Virus record (IMG/VR): IMGVR_UViG_3300035698_022838
Location: 64,001 to 128,000 of that record
DNA length: 64,000 nucleotides
Source: a virus
Reading direction: 5' to 3' (one strand)
Under the pieces are notes generated by a model. It searched no databases and was not told the DNA's origin. It worked only from the letters and a program-made list of their open reading frames with translations. The position numbers and the translations under genes are program-made. Positions within the stretch are counted from its first letter, which is position 1; each line of letters starts with the position of its first letter. Below, one piece after another: positions 30,939-40,383 of the stretch.

Positions 30939-31523
30939 TTATAATGATGCATCAGGATTTGAGGTTGCATTGGTTACGTCAGGAGCAAGACCTATTACAG
31001 CATTAGTTCTTACTGTTTGTCTTTCACCCTCTTGCATAAAATTAGGAGGAAGAATTTGTGCTGGTGCATTCTTAGCCTTTAGTCTATCCTCTATAAATTT
31101 TTTCCTAGAATCACTAACTTTAAATTTCTTTTGTTCTTGTGCTTTTCTAAACTTTTGATTTGGATTTGAATTATCGTTTCCTTTCTCTATTATACTGGTT
31201 TTGTTCTCTGCAGCATTGTCGAAGGTTGCTTTAGTTGGTACTAAAAGAAAATCGCCAGTATTAATTGAAAATGGATTAGATATTGAATTGAATTTCATAA
31301 CATAGCCAAGATATTTAGGACTAGCAAATATTCGATTCGATATTAGATCTGCCCTCATAACATCATCATCAGTAACCATAATATAATTTTTTATTCTTAC
31401 GTTTACGTTTTTATATGATATTGAGGATCTTGTAAGATCCCATATACCATATTTTTTCCCTTGCATTTCGGGATTTGGGTTGAAAATAGTTTTATTTTTA
31501 ACTAAGGTATCTATATTAAGCAT
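30939..31523 (-). CDS. Baseplate wedge protein (gp53/LysM-like)
   Basis: 'RADLISNRIF...VMKFNSISNPFSINTGDFLLVP'. Confidence 0.7.
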   Translation of the reverse strand: MLNIDTLVKNKTIFNPNPEMQGKKYGIWDLTRSSISYKNVNVRIKNYIMVTDDDVMRADLISNRIFASPKYLGYVMKFNSISNPFSINTGDFLLVPTKATFDNAAENKTSIIEKGNDNSNPNQKFRKAQEQKKFKVSDSRKKFIEDRLKAKNAPAQILPPNFMQEGERQTVRTNAVIGLAPDVTNATSNPDASL

Positions 31524-31537
31524 TTTATATTATTTTT

Positions 31538-33379
31538 TTACGAACTACTTTTAGATTCTCCATCTTTAGCATAAGTTGCAGCTAATTGGTCTGCTGCAGT
31601 AGTAACTCCATTCTTATATCTAACTTGTTCACCATCAGTTGTACCTAGACTATTAATTGATTGTTGATTTGCATAGGTATCAAGAACACTTTGATATAAT
31701 CTACCGTCACCTCGATTAAACATACTTTCTATCTCACCTCGTTCCCTATCTCTACCGTGTCTCAATGTAAATGTTGCAACTATTTCGGTTGGAAAATCAT
31801 CAGGACCTAAAACCTCACCAAATTCTATCTTTATCCCGTGACATATCAGGTTACCAATCATTGCTATTGGGTTCATAGGATTTCCTACTACTAAGTGCCA
31901 TTCACCAGTAGGTGCACCAGTTTTTAAGCCTAAAGGAACCTGTATTTCACTTATTAAATTAGTAGATAATGCAAACGTTAAAGCATTTTTAGCTCCTTCA
32001 CTTACACTATCGTCTGTTATCACATCATAAAATTTATTATTAGCAAGTTGTTCTAGTATGGCTTGTAATTGTGAAGAAAGTTCCTGTACCCTTTCTTTAA
32101 GTTCTACAAATTCCTGTCCTTCGGGATCATCCATAGTTTCACCAGATGGTGATGACATATATTTTATTGCTTTTTTAGTCCAAGCAACTGGATCGGTATA
32201 AAATTCCATCAATCCCTCGTTTCCTCCGGGAAATCCAATTGGTGAGAATTCATTATTATATCTCATATCAGGAGTTAAGAACATTCCATAATTTGTACCT
32301 ATACCTAATAAATTACCGATTAAATCGATCATAGCCATTTTAGTATTAACTTCACCAACGGAAGTAAGTTCATAATGGAATTTAATTGCGATTTCATTAT
32401 TTTCATATGTTAATCCCCTACCTCTCATCCATGTCGTATCAACAGTATCGACAGAAGTGTATATGAAATCAGATAGTGGGCCACCAGCCTGTGTCATTTT
32501 ATCTCTTAAAGCATAATTAATTTTTGGTATAGTTACTTCTTCTTGTCCACCTTTAGATATACTAGCTGCAACTTCCATAAGATCACCGAACACAGATAAA
32601 TAACCTCCTTTACCTCCACTTCCTTCAGCAAAAGCTTTTCCTAAAACTGATTTAAAGAAACCCTTATCGAAACCTTCTTGTGTTATAACTTCCTCTTGTC
32701 TTTTTGGTTCCCACTTAATCCCTGCACTAAATCCAATAATCTCATCCAATGTATTATCTGTTGGTCCACCCCACCACGTAACTGCTTGTGCAACTGGCTT
32801 ACCTGCTCCTTGATCTTTATGTTCTGTTGAATTACGAAATCCATCAGGAAGTGATAGATTATCCCGCATTGGAGCAGGAAATCTACGTAATGTAACCATA
32901 TAATTATTTGGTATACTTCCGTAGTATTTACAATATATAAAATCTTTCCAGTGATATGGGGCAGAAGTATTACCTATTATATGATCTGTGTTACTCTCGC
33001 TGACCAATGTCCCTGCTGTTGGATTTCTCGATTTAGCAGAAGAAATTTTCTTATTATATTTTGTTCTTTCGGATCTATAATATTCATCAACAAAAAATTC
33101 ATTACTATCTGCACCTAATGTATAGAAAAGAAATTGTCCATTCTTTGCATCCTCTGCTTTATAAAATCCACCATTATAAAAAAGTGTCCTTGGAGTTGGA
33201 CCTTTCGTAGGATTTGCAGCTCCCTGATTGGAATCTCGTCCAACTAGTTCATTAACGTTTTGTTGAACACTAGCTTCACCACTACCATACTGTTCCTGTT
33301 TTGTTTTTAAAGCGGGATCTTCAGTATTAACCCGTGTTGTAGTTGGAGTAGTTATGTTACCTGGATCATCTTCGGACAT
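31538..33379 (-). CDS. Baseplate/tail-tube-associated structural protein
   Basis: 613 aa at the head of the baseplate operon; 'WHLVVGNPMNPIAMIGNLIC...GPDDFPTE'. Confidence 0.5.
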   Translation of the reverse strand: MSEDDPGNITTPTTTRVNTEDPALKTKQEQYGSGEASVQQNVNELVGRDSNQGAANPTKGPTPRTLFYNGGFYKAEDAKNGQFLFYTLGADSNEFFVDEYYRSERTKYNKKISSAKSRNPTAGTLVSESNTDHIIGNTSAPYHWKDFIYCKYYGSIPNNYMVTLRRFPAPMRDNLSLPDGFRNSTEHKDQGAGKPVAQAVTWWGGPTDNTLDEIIGFSAGIKWEPKRQEEVITQEGFDKGFFKSVLGKAFAEGSGGKGGYLSVFGDLMEVAASISKGGQEEVTIPKINYALRDKMTQAGGPLSDFIYTSVDTVDTTWMRGRGLTYENNEIAIKFHYELTSVGEVNTKMAMIDLIGNLLGIGTNYGMFLTPDMRYNNEFSPIGFPGGNEGLMEFYTDPVAWTKKAIKYMSSPSGETMDDPEGQEFVELKERVQELSSQLQAILEQLANNKFYDVITDDSVSEGAKNALTFALSTNLISEIQVPLGLKTGAPTGEWHLVVGNPMNPIAMIGNLICHGIKIEFGEVLGPDDFPTEIVATFTLRHGRDRERGEIESMFNRGDGRLYQSVLDTYANQQSINSLGTTDGEQVRYKNGVTTAADQLAATYAKDGESKSSS

Positions 33380-33396
33380 ATATGTACTAAATTTTT

Positions 33397-33735
33397 TTAA
33401 CCTCTCTCGATAATATACTCAATATCATCTTCAAAGTCAAAATCTAGAAAATGTGCTAGATTATCTATAAACTCATCAGTGATGTTTTTGTATACAATCA
33501 AGATGTCTTCACATCTAGTACTATATATCCCTTGTGTAATTTTCTTACGAACTGCATAATTTATTACGAATTCTGATTCCACAGTTAGATTCTCAGTATC
33601 ATAACCTAAATCCCTTATTATTTTGCCTATATCAACAATATAATAGCAATTGGAACCTGAACAAAACTTGCGTTTTGCCTCTTTTAGAGAATAGGTAGTT
33701 AATGTTATCTTAATGGCTTTCTCGCTATTCGTCAA
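33397..33735 (-). CDS. Hypothetical protein
   Basis: 112 aa ORF overlapping the upstream gene end. Confidence 0.6.
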   Translation of the reverse strand: MTNSEKAIKITLTTYSLKEAKRKFCSGSNCYYIVDIGKIIRDLGYDTENLTVESEFVINYAVRKKITQGIYSTRCEDILIVYKNITDEFIDNLAHFLDFDFEDDIEYIIERG

Positions 33736-34048
33736 TGTCTATACCCCCTTCTGTTGAAGCCTCTGGCTCCTCTTCAATATCTTTTAAGAAATCAAAAGAT
33801 TCAGTAGTTAAAGTAAGACTTGTATTTTCTTCCTTATTTTTCTCATTTACCCTTTGTTTTTCTTTATTCCTTTTTGTTTCTAATTCTGCATTTTTCACAG
33901 CTTCTAGATGTTGTGTGTGTAATTGCTTACCCATTTGATTGGATCTTCTAATCCGTTCTAGCTTCTCGGTTAAGGTTTCATCTTTTTTAATGTAACCTAA
34001 CTTCTTTGCAATTTGTCTTCTTTGTCTTCTGGATTCTGAATTGGCCAT
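33725..34048 (-). CDS. Hypothetical protein (basic N-terminus, acidic tail)
   Basis: 107 aa; TAATG coupling with the NUDIX gene. Confidence 0.65.
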   Translation of the reverse strand: MANSESRRQRRQIAKKLGYIKKDETLTEKLERIRRSNQMGKQLHTQHLEAVKNAELETKRNKEKQRVNEKNKEENTSLTLTTESFDFLKDIEEEPEASTEGGIDIDE

Positions 34049-34620
34049 TATATCTCTGTTTTAAAGCCAGTAGATGGCTTAGTATTTGGATCTCCTTGAA
34101 TATCTATACCTAATACATACTTAAAAAGCTTTAAAAATAATCCAGGAATGAAAATATCTTTAGCCTTTACTACGTCATTTGCTGGTATAAATTTGAATTC
34201 TGAATTTTTCTCTTTTTCTGTCCCATCAGTTTTTGGTGTTCCTTTAGTTAAGCCAGTTACATCGACTGCAAAACAAGGTTGTTCATGTGCGATAAATTTA
34301 GAAGATGTAACTGCTCCTAAATAATACCATTTAGTATTATCCTGTGCATCAAATCCACTTTCTTCTAGTAATTCTCTTTTAGCAGTAGATAATAAATCAG
34401 GATCATCAGCATCACTGGTACCAGTAATAACTGCTACATCCATTCCCCCTTCTCTAAATGGGTTTGGTTCTTTAATAACACCTACTGATAACGGTAGACC
34501 ATCATCGTCAGATGTAAAGGGTAAGATTATTACATTCATAAATGTTGTAACTATACCAATCACTCCGTCTCTTTCGACTAGGTTTATTCTATCACTTTCA
34601 AATAATATTTTACTCTTCAT
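34048..34620 (-). CDS. NUDIX hydrolase
   Basis: Nudix box 'GTSDADDPDLLSTAKRELLEESGF'. Confidence 0.85.
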   Translation of the reverse strand: MKSKILFESDRINLVERDGVIGIVTTFMNVIILPFTSDDDGLPLSVGVIKEPNPFREGGMDVAVITGTSDADDPDLLSTAKRELLEESGFDAQDNTKWYYLGAVTSSKFIAHEQPCFAVDVTGLTKGTPKTDGTEKEKNSEFKFIPANDVVKAKDIFIPGLFLKLFKYVLGIDIQGDPNTKPSTGFKTEI

Positions 34621-35260
34621 TTTCTTCTATATTACTCATAACTGTTGATTCTTTCTTCCTCCCGTAATATTCGCGGATAGTATCACCTAATGCACCTTTT
34701 ATATCTTCTATATCCATACCTTCTGTAATGTAATTAACTATTTCTTCATCAGCATCGTCAAATGAAGCAGTCAATACACCATACAAATTCTTTGTTGGTA
34801 GATTCAATTTTAGATTAAGTGTAACATTAACCCAGTTAGTTTTTTGTTTTTTTAGTAATGTATATATCGGTGAATCTTCGACGGTAGCAGATGAAACTAC
34901 TGTATTTCTTCCCTGTACTACTTGATTAAGGTCTGTAATCGGTTGGTTTAGTTGATTTGGTTGTGACTCTGAATTAATACCATCAAAATCAACTTTGGTT
35001 GCTGGAAACAAATCTATAAACTCATCAAGTAGGGTTAAATTTATTCTTCCACTATCTTTAAATTCAACAAATATCAAATCCCCCTCTGCGGTAACGTCTG
35101 AATACTTTTCCATGTTACCCATGCGGTCACCTTTTTTCCACATGAAATCTTTGGTAGAGAGTTCAGCTTTAATCTCTTCTAAACTTTTATCTTTGAAATT
35201 CATTTTTATTCTTTTTTTATCAGAGAAGTATTTTTCTCTCCATTTTTTAAGCAATCGCAT
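34610..35260 (-). CDS. Hypothetical protein
   Basis: 216 aa ORF; alternative start at 35203 (MNFKDK). Confidence 0.65.
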   Translation of the reverse strand: MRLLKKWREKYFSDKKRIKMNFKDKSLEEIKAELSTKDFMWKKGDRMGNMEKYSDVTAEGDLIFVEFKDSGRINLTLLDEFIDLFPATKVDFDGINSESQPNQLNQPITDLNQVVQGRNTVVSSATVEDSPIYTLLKKQKTNWVNVTLNLKLNLPTKNLYGVLTASFDDADEEIVNYITEGMDIEDIKGALGDTIREYYGRKKESTVMSNIEENEE

Positions 35261-35380
35261 TTATCCTCCAAATAAAGTTGTACAGTTTACTCCTGCGCTA
35301 CGTATTTCTAAATACTATTATGGGTAGCATTCATTACGATTAAGATTTATACAATAAAAAGTTGGTTATGTTCCAATAAA

Positions 35381-35413
35381 TTATACTTTTGTTGCAAATT
35401 TTTGACGTGCGTT
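35381..35413. repeat. 33-bp direct repeat: extra copy of the 3' end of gene 36324..37250
   Basis: ttatacttttgttgcaaatttttgacgtgcgtt vs ttatgcttttgttgcaaacttttggcgtgcgtt (36324-36356), 30/33 identical; encode NARQKFATKV* and NARQKFATKA*. Confidence 0.9.
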
Positions 35414-35427
35414 ACTCTAATAAACAT

Positions 35428-36309
35428 TTAAAACCCTATAGAACTAAGACCAGACACTAGATCCATTACTTTTTCATATTCCTTAGGAATTATTATATCT
35501 TTTCTAATATCTGCAAAATCTTCATTATTCCACATATCTTTAAGCATTATTATAACCCTACCTGGATTTAACTTAAGTTCTTTATTGAAATAATCAGGGT
35601 CCAATAAACTTAAAATAAGATCACTCGCTCTTTTCTTATCACTAATTTCGATATGGTATCCAGTTTCATAGTAATCAGTATCAATATTTCCATTAAGTAT
35701 ACGTAACCATGTTTCTATATTCCACCCAAATTCTTTATCTGGACGTATTAAAAAAGCATCACATTGAAACATTCCACCAATTTCATTTGGTGCTCCTTTA
35801 AGCGAGATCAAGCTATTACCGAAACACGAAAAATCTCCACCAACTTTATCTGGTGCTCCCTCTAAATTAATTAAATTATTTTCATAACAAAGAAAATCCC
35901 CAGGAACCTCTAGTGGTGCTCCTTTTAGTGTGGCTAGCTTATTGTTGGAGCAATCAAATAGATCACCCATATACTTTTTAGGAGACCCATCTAAAGTAGT
36001 TAGCATATTACTAGAACAATTAAACCATCCACCAACATATTCGGGTGCACAATCTAAAGAAATTAAATCTCTCTCGTAACAATTAAAATGTTCAGTAACC
36101 TGTCCAAATTTTATACCTTTTATCTTTCCAAACCAAACCATCTTTCCCTTGCTATTAGCAAAATCAAAGCTACCCTTTATATCTATAGTTCCATCAAGAT
36201 TTTCTTTCCAGGTTCCTGTTGTGCATTTATTCAGAAAATTAACTTGCCTTTTAGTTAGGTTACTATTTTCTTCAGTTGAATAGTTTTCGTATAATTTTAT
36301 ATGTTTCAT
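35428..36309 (-). CDS. Repeat (LRR-like) protein, paralogue of 19894..20898; probable internal head protein
   Basis: ~22-aa repeats 'FxCxxNxLxxLxGAPxxVxG'; begins MKHIKLYENY (alternative start 36324); ends ...LSSIGF. Confidence 0.8.
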   Translation of the reverse strand: MKHIKLYENYSTEENSNLTKRQVNFLNKCTTGTWKENLDGTIDIKGSFDFANSKGKMVWFGKIKGIKFGQVTEHFNCYERDLISLDCAPEYVGGWFNCSSNMLTTLDGSPKKYMGDLFDCSNNKLATLKGAPLEVPGDFLCYENNLINLEGAPDKVGGDFSCFGNSLISLKGAPNEIGGMFQCDAFLIRPDKEFGWNIETWLRILNGNIDTDYYETGYHIEISDKKRASDLILSLLDPDYFNKELKLNPGRVIIMLKDMWNNEDFADIRKDIIIPKEYEKVMDLVSGLSSIGF

Positions 36310-36323
36310 ATTCATTTTATTCA

Positions 36324-37250
36324 TTATGCTTTTGTTGCAAACTTTTGGCGTGCGTTGGTATACATCTCCTCGATATGTGCCTCGGGGATTGTATTCTTTA
36401 ACATTTCCATGACTTGCTTAAGTTCTTTGGATTCTGTTTCGTGTCTAGATTTAATAGTATCTGATGCCTCATCATTTATGTCCCATTTATGATATTTAAA
36501 CAACTGCATCAGATGATCTACAAGGCCTCTTTGTTGTATTTCTGAATCGTGACCTAAACCAACTTTAATTAGATAAGATGTACTTGGACTACTTAATGCA
36601 TCATGTAAAGAATCATGTTCGCACTCATGAACACCACTTTTAGTTCTAAATTTAAAGCATGTTTTTCCACCTTTCTTTTTCATAGTAACAGCTGGATGTA
36701 TTTCATTCTCATTGGTATAAACTCTAAATCCTTTGAATGGATCTAATTTATCTCTTTTAGTTAGTTCTACTTGCATACCATTATCAAGATCAAGTTCATA
36801 TATGCCATTTGAAGTTTCCATAAATGATTTTGAGTTTGATTGTATTCCTAATAAATCACAAAGTATATTTGCATCTTCTTCAATATTATTGATTTTATCA
36901 TCAGACCTAAACATATCTTCTATATAGGATTCTACAAAAGTATCAAATGAATCAGAATTCTCTTGAGTTTTAAACCAATTCATATCAGTTTTAATATTGA
37001 CAACATCAAACTCTGGTGATGATTCATCAATATCACAACATTTTTCTGGTATCGAAACTGAATTGTTTCTGTACTTCATTGCAACATTACCATCATTAAT
37101 ACCATAGGATAAATGCTTCTCTCCTTTCTTAGGTATTCTAATCTTTAACGTATTATCATCTAATGGTCCTATTATACCAATATCACTTTTTCCTTGCATC
37201 TTTGATTCATTTATGCTGGAATATTCAGAAAAATAATATATTTTATTCAT
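36324..37250 (-). CDS. Hypothetical protein, probable internal head protein
   Basis: Start MNKIYYFSEYSSINES carries the capsid-targeting-like motif. Confidence 0.65.
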   Translation of the reverse strand: MNKIYYFSEYSSINESKMQGKSDIGIIGPLDDNTLKIRIPKKGEKHLSYGINDGNVAMKYRNNSVSIPEKCCDIDESSPEFDVVNIKTDMNWFKTQENSDSFDTFVESYIEDMFRSDDKINNIEEDANILCDLLGIQSNSKSFMETSNGIYELDLDNGMQVELTKRDKLDPFKGFRVYTNENEIHPAVTMKKKGGKTCFKFRTKSGVHECEHDSLHDALSSPSTSYLIKVGLGHDSEIQQRGLVDHLMQLFKYHKWDINDEASDTIKSRHETESKELKQVMEMLKNTIPEAHIEEMYTNARQKFATKA

Positions 37251-37680
37251 TTTCTCCAAAAAAGACCTCAATTCTAAAATCCTTAGGATTCATAGATTTT
37301 TTCATATCTATAACTGCTTTGGATGGTTTAGATGGTATGAGTTTACTTAATTTTCTACAGTGAACAGAAGAAAGCGGAATATTCTCATCAGGTACAATAT
37401 CTAATTCAATTTCATTAGGTTCATTGGGATAATCATCTGTTTTAATTTCTAGTTCTATATTATTAATCTGGAAATTAATGTCATTGATACCTTTCTTGTT
37501 TCTGTCTATAGAAATTGTATATTCAACCTCACAATCAAGTCCATCTATATCAGAAACTTCAGGTGGACGGTTTATAACATCAACATCTAGATATTCTAAT
37601 TCGCAGGAAAAAGTATATTCGCTAGTAACTTTTTTCTTATTGTCACTATTATATGATTCATAGTCGTAGATTCTCGGCAT
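37243..37680 (-). CDS. Hypothetical protein, probable internal head protein
   Basis: MPRIYDYESY N-terminus; GATATATA at 37707-37714. Confidence 0.65.
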   Translation of the reverse strand: MPRIYDYESYNSDNKKKVTSEYTFSCELEYLDVDVINRPPEVSDIDGLDCEVEYTISIDRNKKGINDINFQINNIELEIKTDDYPNEPNEIELDIVPDENIPLSSVHCRKLSKLIPSKPSKAVIDMKKSMNPKDFRIEVFFGENE

Positions 37681-37792
37681 TTCGAATGTTCACTTTTTTT
37701 ATGTATTATATATCTCACTCAATTTTTTATTATTTAAAAGTCATCAACAATCCAATATTGTCAATATATAAGACGAATATAAATAGTACACC

Positions 37793-38524
37793 ATGAAAGA
37801 ACTTAAACCCGAATGGTTCATCCAGCATCCAATAGATCAGGAGCATAAGCAGTACATTTTATTAGACTTCTTAAAAAGTGTAAATTCTGATATCAAAAAA
37901 GATGACATCTATCATCCAATCAAAAAGATACTTACGATCATAAATGAAATTTCAATTGCAAAAAAATTTATAAAAGATGGTATGAAAAGAATTGACGTAA
38001 ACCAATCATCAAGAACTAATGATATGTTGGATAAGATTAAAAAAATCCAATTATCACAAGAAGAAAAAATAGAAGTACATGGAATTATAGATTCATCACT
38101 TGACATTCTGTATAAATATGCAGAATTAGGAATGGATTTATGGAAAAACGCAGAAGATCGGATTAGTATATTTGAACTTGATAATCCAATAAATGCAGAA
38201 AGATCTATAGATTTTGGGTTTCTAGTTTTTAGAAATATGGTTAATGACGAATTACTAGCCTATTTCTGGCAAAATGGAAATCTTAATGCTGATGCAGTAG
38301 GTACTGTTATGAAAAAAGTATCTATGATAAATCCACGTTTTTCATTGTCATATGATTTTATAGCACATGAACTAACGCAATCAATAGATATTAATAGTAA
38401 ATTTTCACCAAGAGTAACAATAGTAGAAATTGCAGAAGACTTCGGAGAAGATTCAGTTATAATAAAGATTGCAAAAGAGATCTTTATGAATGAAATGTCA
38501 TCTAATAAAGAAATGGAAAGATAA
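37793..38524 (+). CDS. Hypothetical protein
   Basis: 243 aa, divergent; AATATATA at 37763-37770. Confidence 0.7.
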   Translation: MKELKPEWFIQHPIDQEHKQYILLDFLKSVNSDIKKDDIYHPIKKILTIINEISIAKKFIKDGMKRIDVNQSSRTNDMLDKIKKIQLSQEEKIEVHGIIDSSLDILYKYAELGMDLWKNAEDRISIFELDNPINAERSIDFGFLVFRNMVNDELLAYFWQNGNLNADAVGTVMKKVSMINPRFSLSYDFIAHELTQSIDINSKFSPRVTIVEIAEDFGEDSVIIKIAKEIFMNEMSSNKEMER

Positions 38525-38526
38525 TT

Positions 38527-39198
38527 TTATTTTTTATCTCTCCATACATTATCTATTAAAGAAATACCCTCGTGTTGTGATGCAAGTTTCTTTTTGATTA
38601 TACCAAACCTACGGTTATCCATGGTCCAAAATGCTTCATTAAACCATATATCTGGGCTATCCCAAGATAACTTATCTAATGCATTTAATATAATATTTCT
38701 TGATGATTGAGGTAACATTATACAATGTGCTAATATAATCTTATTTGTTATATAAAAGTCTGGGTAATTATCATCAAATCCAAGTATAGGTGACTGTAAA
38801 AACGTACCAACATGCGTATCTCCCAATGATAGGTATGCTAAATTGTTAAAGTCAGCAAAAGCGATAGCCTCTTCTACCTTTTTAATGAACGTCAAATAAT
38901 CGGTTTCTAATATACAATCACATTCACATAGCATTAAGGCATCAATGTCATCTGTGAAATTATCAATTATTGCTTTCTTAAAAGATTGGAATGCACCATA
39001 GTGTCCAGGTCCATGGTTGGTTGCTTCAGAAAACGTTATTGCAGCAGGATCTTTCCAATCATCGCCATGATATCTCTCATTGAGTTGCATAATATATTCC
39101 ATTCCCGCTTTCGCGCCTAAAGGAGCTAATGATCTAATAGATGCTGTTTCTCTAGCATCATCAGGTTCAGTTAGTATATGTACTAGTTTTATATTCAT
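38527..39198 (-). CDS. Glycosyltransferase (GT-A fold, GT25-like)
   Basis: 'GHYGAFQSFKKAI', 'LMLCECDCIL', 'AHCIML', 'SPDIWF' parallel GT25 motifs; TATAAATA at 39203-39210 favours ATG 39198. Confidence 0.6.
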   Translation of the reverse strand: MNIKLVHILTEPDDARETASIRSLAPLGAKAGMEYIMQLNERYHGDDWKDPAAITFSEATNHGPGHYGAFQSFKKAIIDNFTDDIDALMLCECDCILETDYLTFIKKVEEAIAFADFNNLAYLSLGDTHVGTFLQSPILGFDDNYPDFYITNKIILAHCIMLPQSSRNIILNALDKLSWDSPDIWFNEAFWTMDNRRFGIIKKKLASQHEGISLIDNVWRDKK

Positions 39199-39214
39199 TT
39201 TATATTTATACCAC

Positions 39215-39247
39215 AAAAAAAAGACAAGTTTCGATAAACTTGTCTTT
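39215..39247 (-). terminator. Rho-independent terminator
   Basis: Stem aaagacaagttt/aaacttgtcttt, 4-nt loop, U-tract on the minus strand. Confidence 0.85.
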
Positions 39248-39269
39248 GTATATACTGATTAAAAAAAAA

Positions 39270-39620
39270 TTATTCGAAATCCTCTAAACTAATAATAGTT
39301 GATTCATTCACTGTACTTTCATTTTCATTAGTGGCGCTACCAGTTTCTGGTAATCCAGGACCTCCAATCGCATTAATATATTCTCTATCTTTACTTGCAT
39401 TATATCCTGGAACTTCTATACCAGCTTTTTCTGGATTAAATATAGCATCTGCATACCCAACCCAATCATAAGCAGGTTCCCTTTTAATTTTATGTAATCC
39501 TGTCCTTTCTTCGCTAGTTTGATTTTCCTTAGAAAGGGGTTTGAAATTCTCATCATGTACCTTTGCTTTGAATTGATCAAAGTCTAGTAATTCTCTTTTT
39601 GAAACGTCGTTTATATTCAT
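39270..39620 (-). CDS. Hypothetical protein, probable internal head protein
   Basis: 116 aa; 'ELLDFDQF' and C-terminal 'VNESTIISLEDFE' motifs. Confidence 0.65.
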   Translation of the reverse strand: MNINDVSKRELLDFDQFKAKVHDENFKPLSKENQTSEERTGLHKIKREPAYDWVGYADAIFNPEKAGIEVPGYNASKDREYINAIGGPGLPETGSATNENESTVNESTIISLEDFE

Positions 39621-39634
39621 AGTTGTATTTTTTA

Positions 39635-40330
39635 TTAATCACCCAAACTTTTACCATCGGTAGTACCTAGTGAATTTTTACTTCCTCCGCCTATAGAACT
39701 TAGCTTATTCATAAAAGTAGTTAATATATTTTCAGGCTCTGCTTGTTTAGAGGTTAATTTAGTTCCCTTCTTTTCCATTTCATCTCTTAGTGTCCTAGCC
39801 ATTTTACTTTTTTCTCCACCATCTAACGATTTTACAAAATCGTCGCCAGTGGTTGGTTTAAAATCACCAAACACACCAAGATAAAAAGCTTCAAGTTTTT
39901 CTCTAAATTCTGCTTTTTTGGTCTCGTTGCTGAACATTTCAGCAATTGTTCTATATAGATAACCAGTTGGATCAATCCCTAAATTCTCAGCAATACCATC
40001 TAAACCTTTTTCAACTAAAAATTCCATAGTAGCATCAGCAGCCTTTGGTGCTAAATATTCTGGTTTTGCTTTTGCACCAAACATAATAGGAACGAAATCC
40101 ATTATAGGTATCTGTTCCACAAAGTTTTGTACTAGTTTACTGAAAATGGAGGTTTCCATTATACCAAGGTGACTAAGAAGAAATGCTGAGATCTTACCTT
40201 TAATAACATCAGTGATTGAATCATACCCTTTACCTAATAGGGTACCAATGTTATCAAACAGACCTTCATCTAATCTAGTTTCTGGATCCAACTTACGAAA
40301 GTCGTTGAAATTCTTTATATTATTATTCAT
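39635..40330 (-). CDS. Hypothetical helical protein, probable internal head protein
   Basis: MNNNIKNFNDF...LDEG; GATATATA at 40351-40358. Confidence 0.65.
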   Translation of the reverse strand: MNNNIKNFNDFRKLDPETRLDEGLFDNIGTLLGKGYDSITDVIKGKISAFLLSHLGIMETSIFSKLVQNFVEQIPIMDFVPIMFGAKAKPEYLAPKAADATMEFLVEKGLDGIAENLGIDPTGYLYRTIAEMFSNETKKAEFREKLEAFYLGVFGDFKPTTGDDFVKSLDGGEKSKMARTLRDEMEKKGTKLTSKQAEPENILTTFMNKLSSIGGGSKNSLGTTDGKSLGD

Positions 40331-40383
40331 TAGATAGAATTCTTTTTCTTTATATATCTATCCTTGAATAAATTATTTGGTCT

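Noticed and set aside
35261-35380. Intergenic gap as a possible ncRNA or tRNA
   Set aside because: No cloverleaf or convincing stem recognised; explained by a putative promoter and leader
35381-36356. 33-bp repeat pair as a DGR TR/VR
   Set aside because: Too short, mismatches are transitions not confined to adenines of one copy, and no RT is seen
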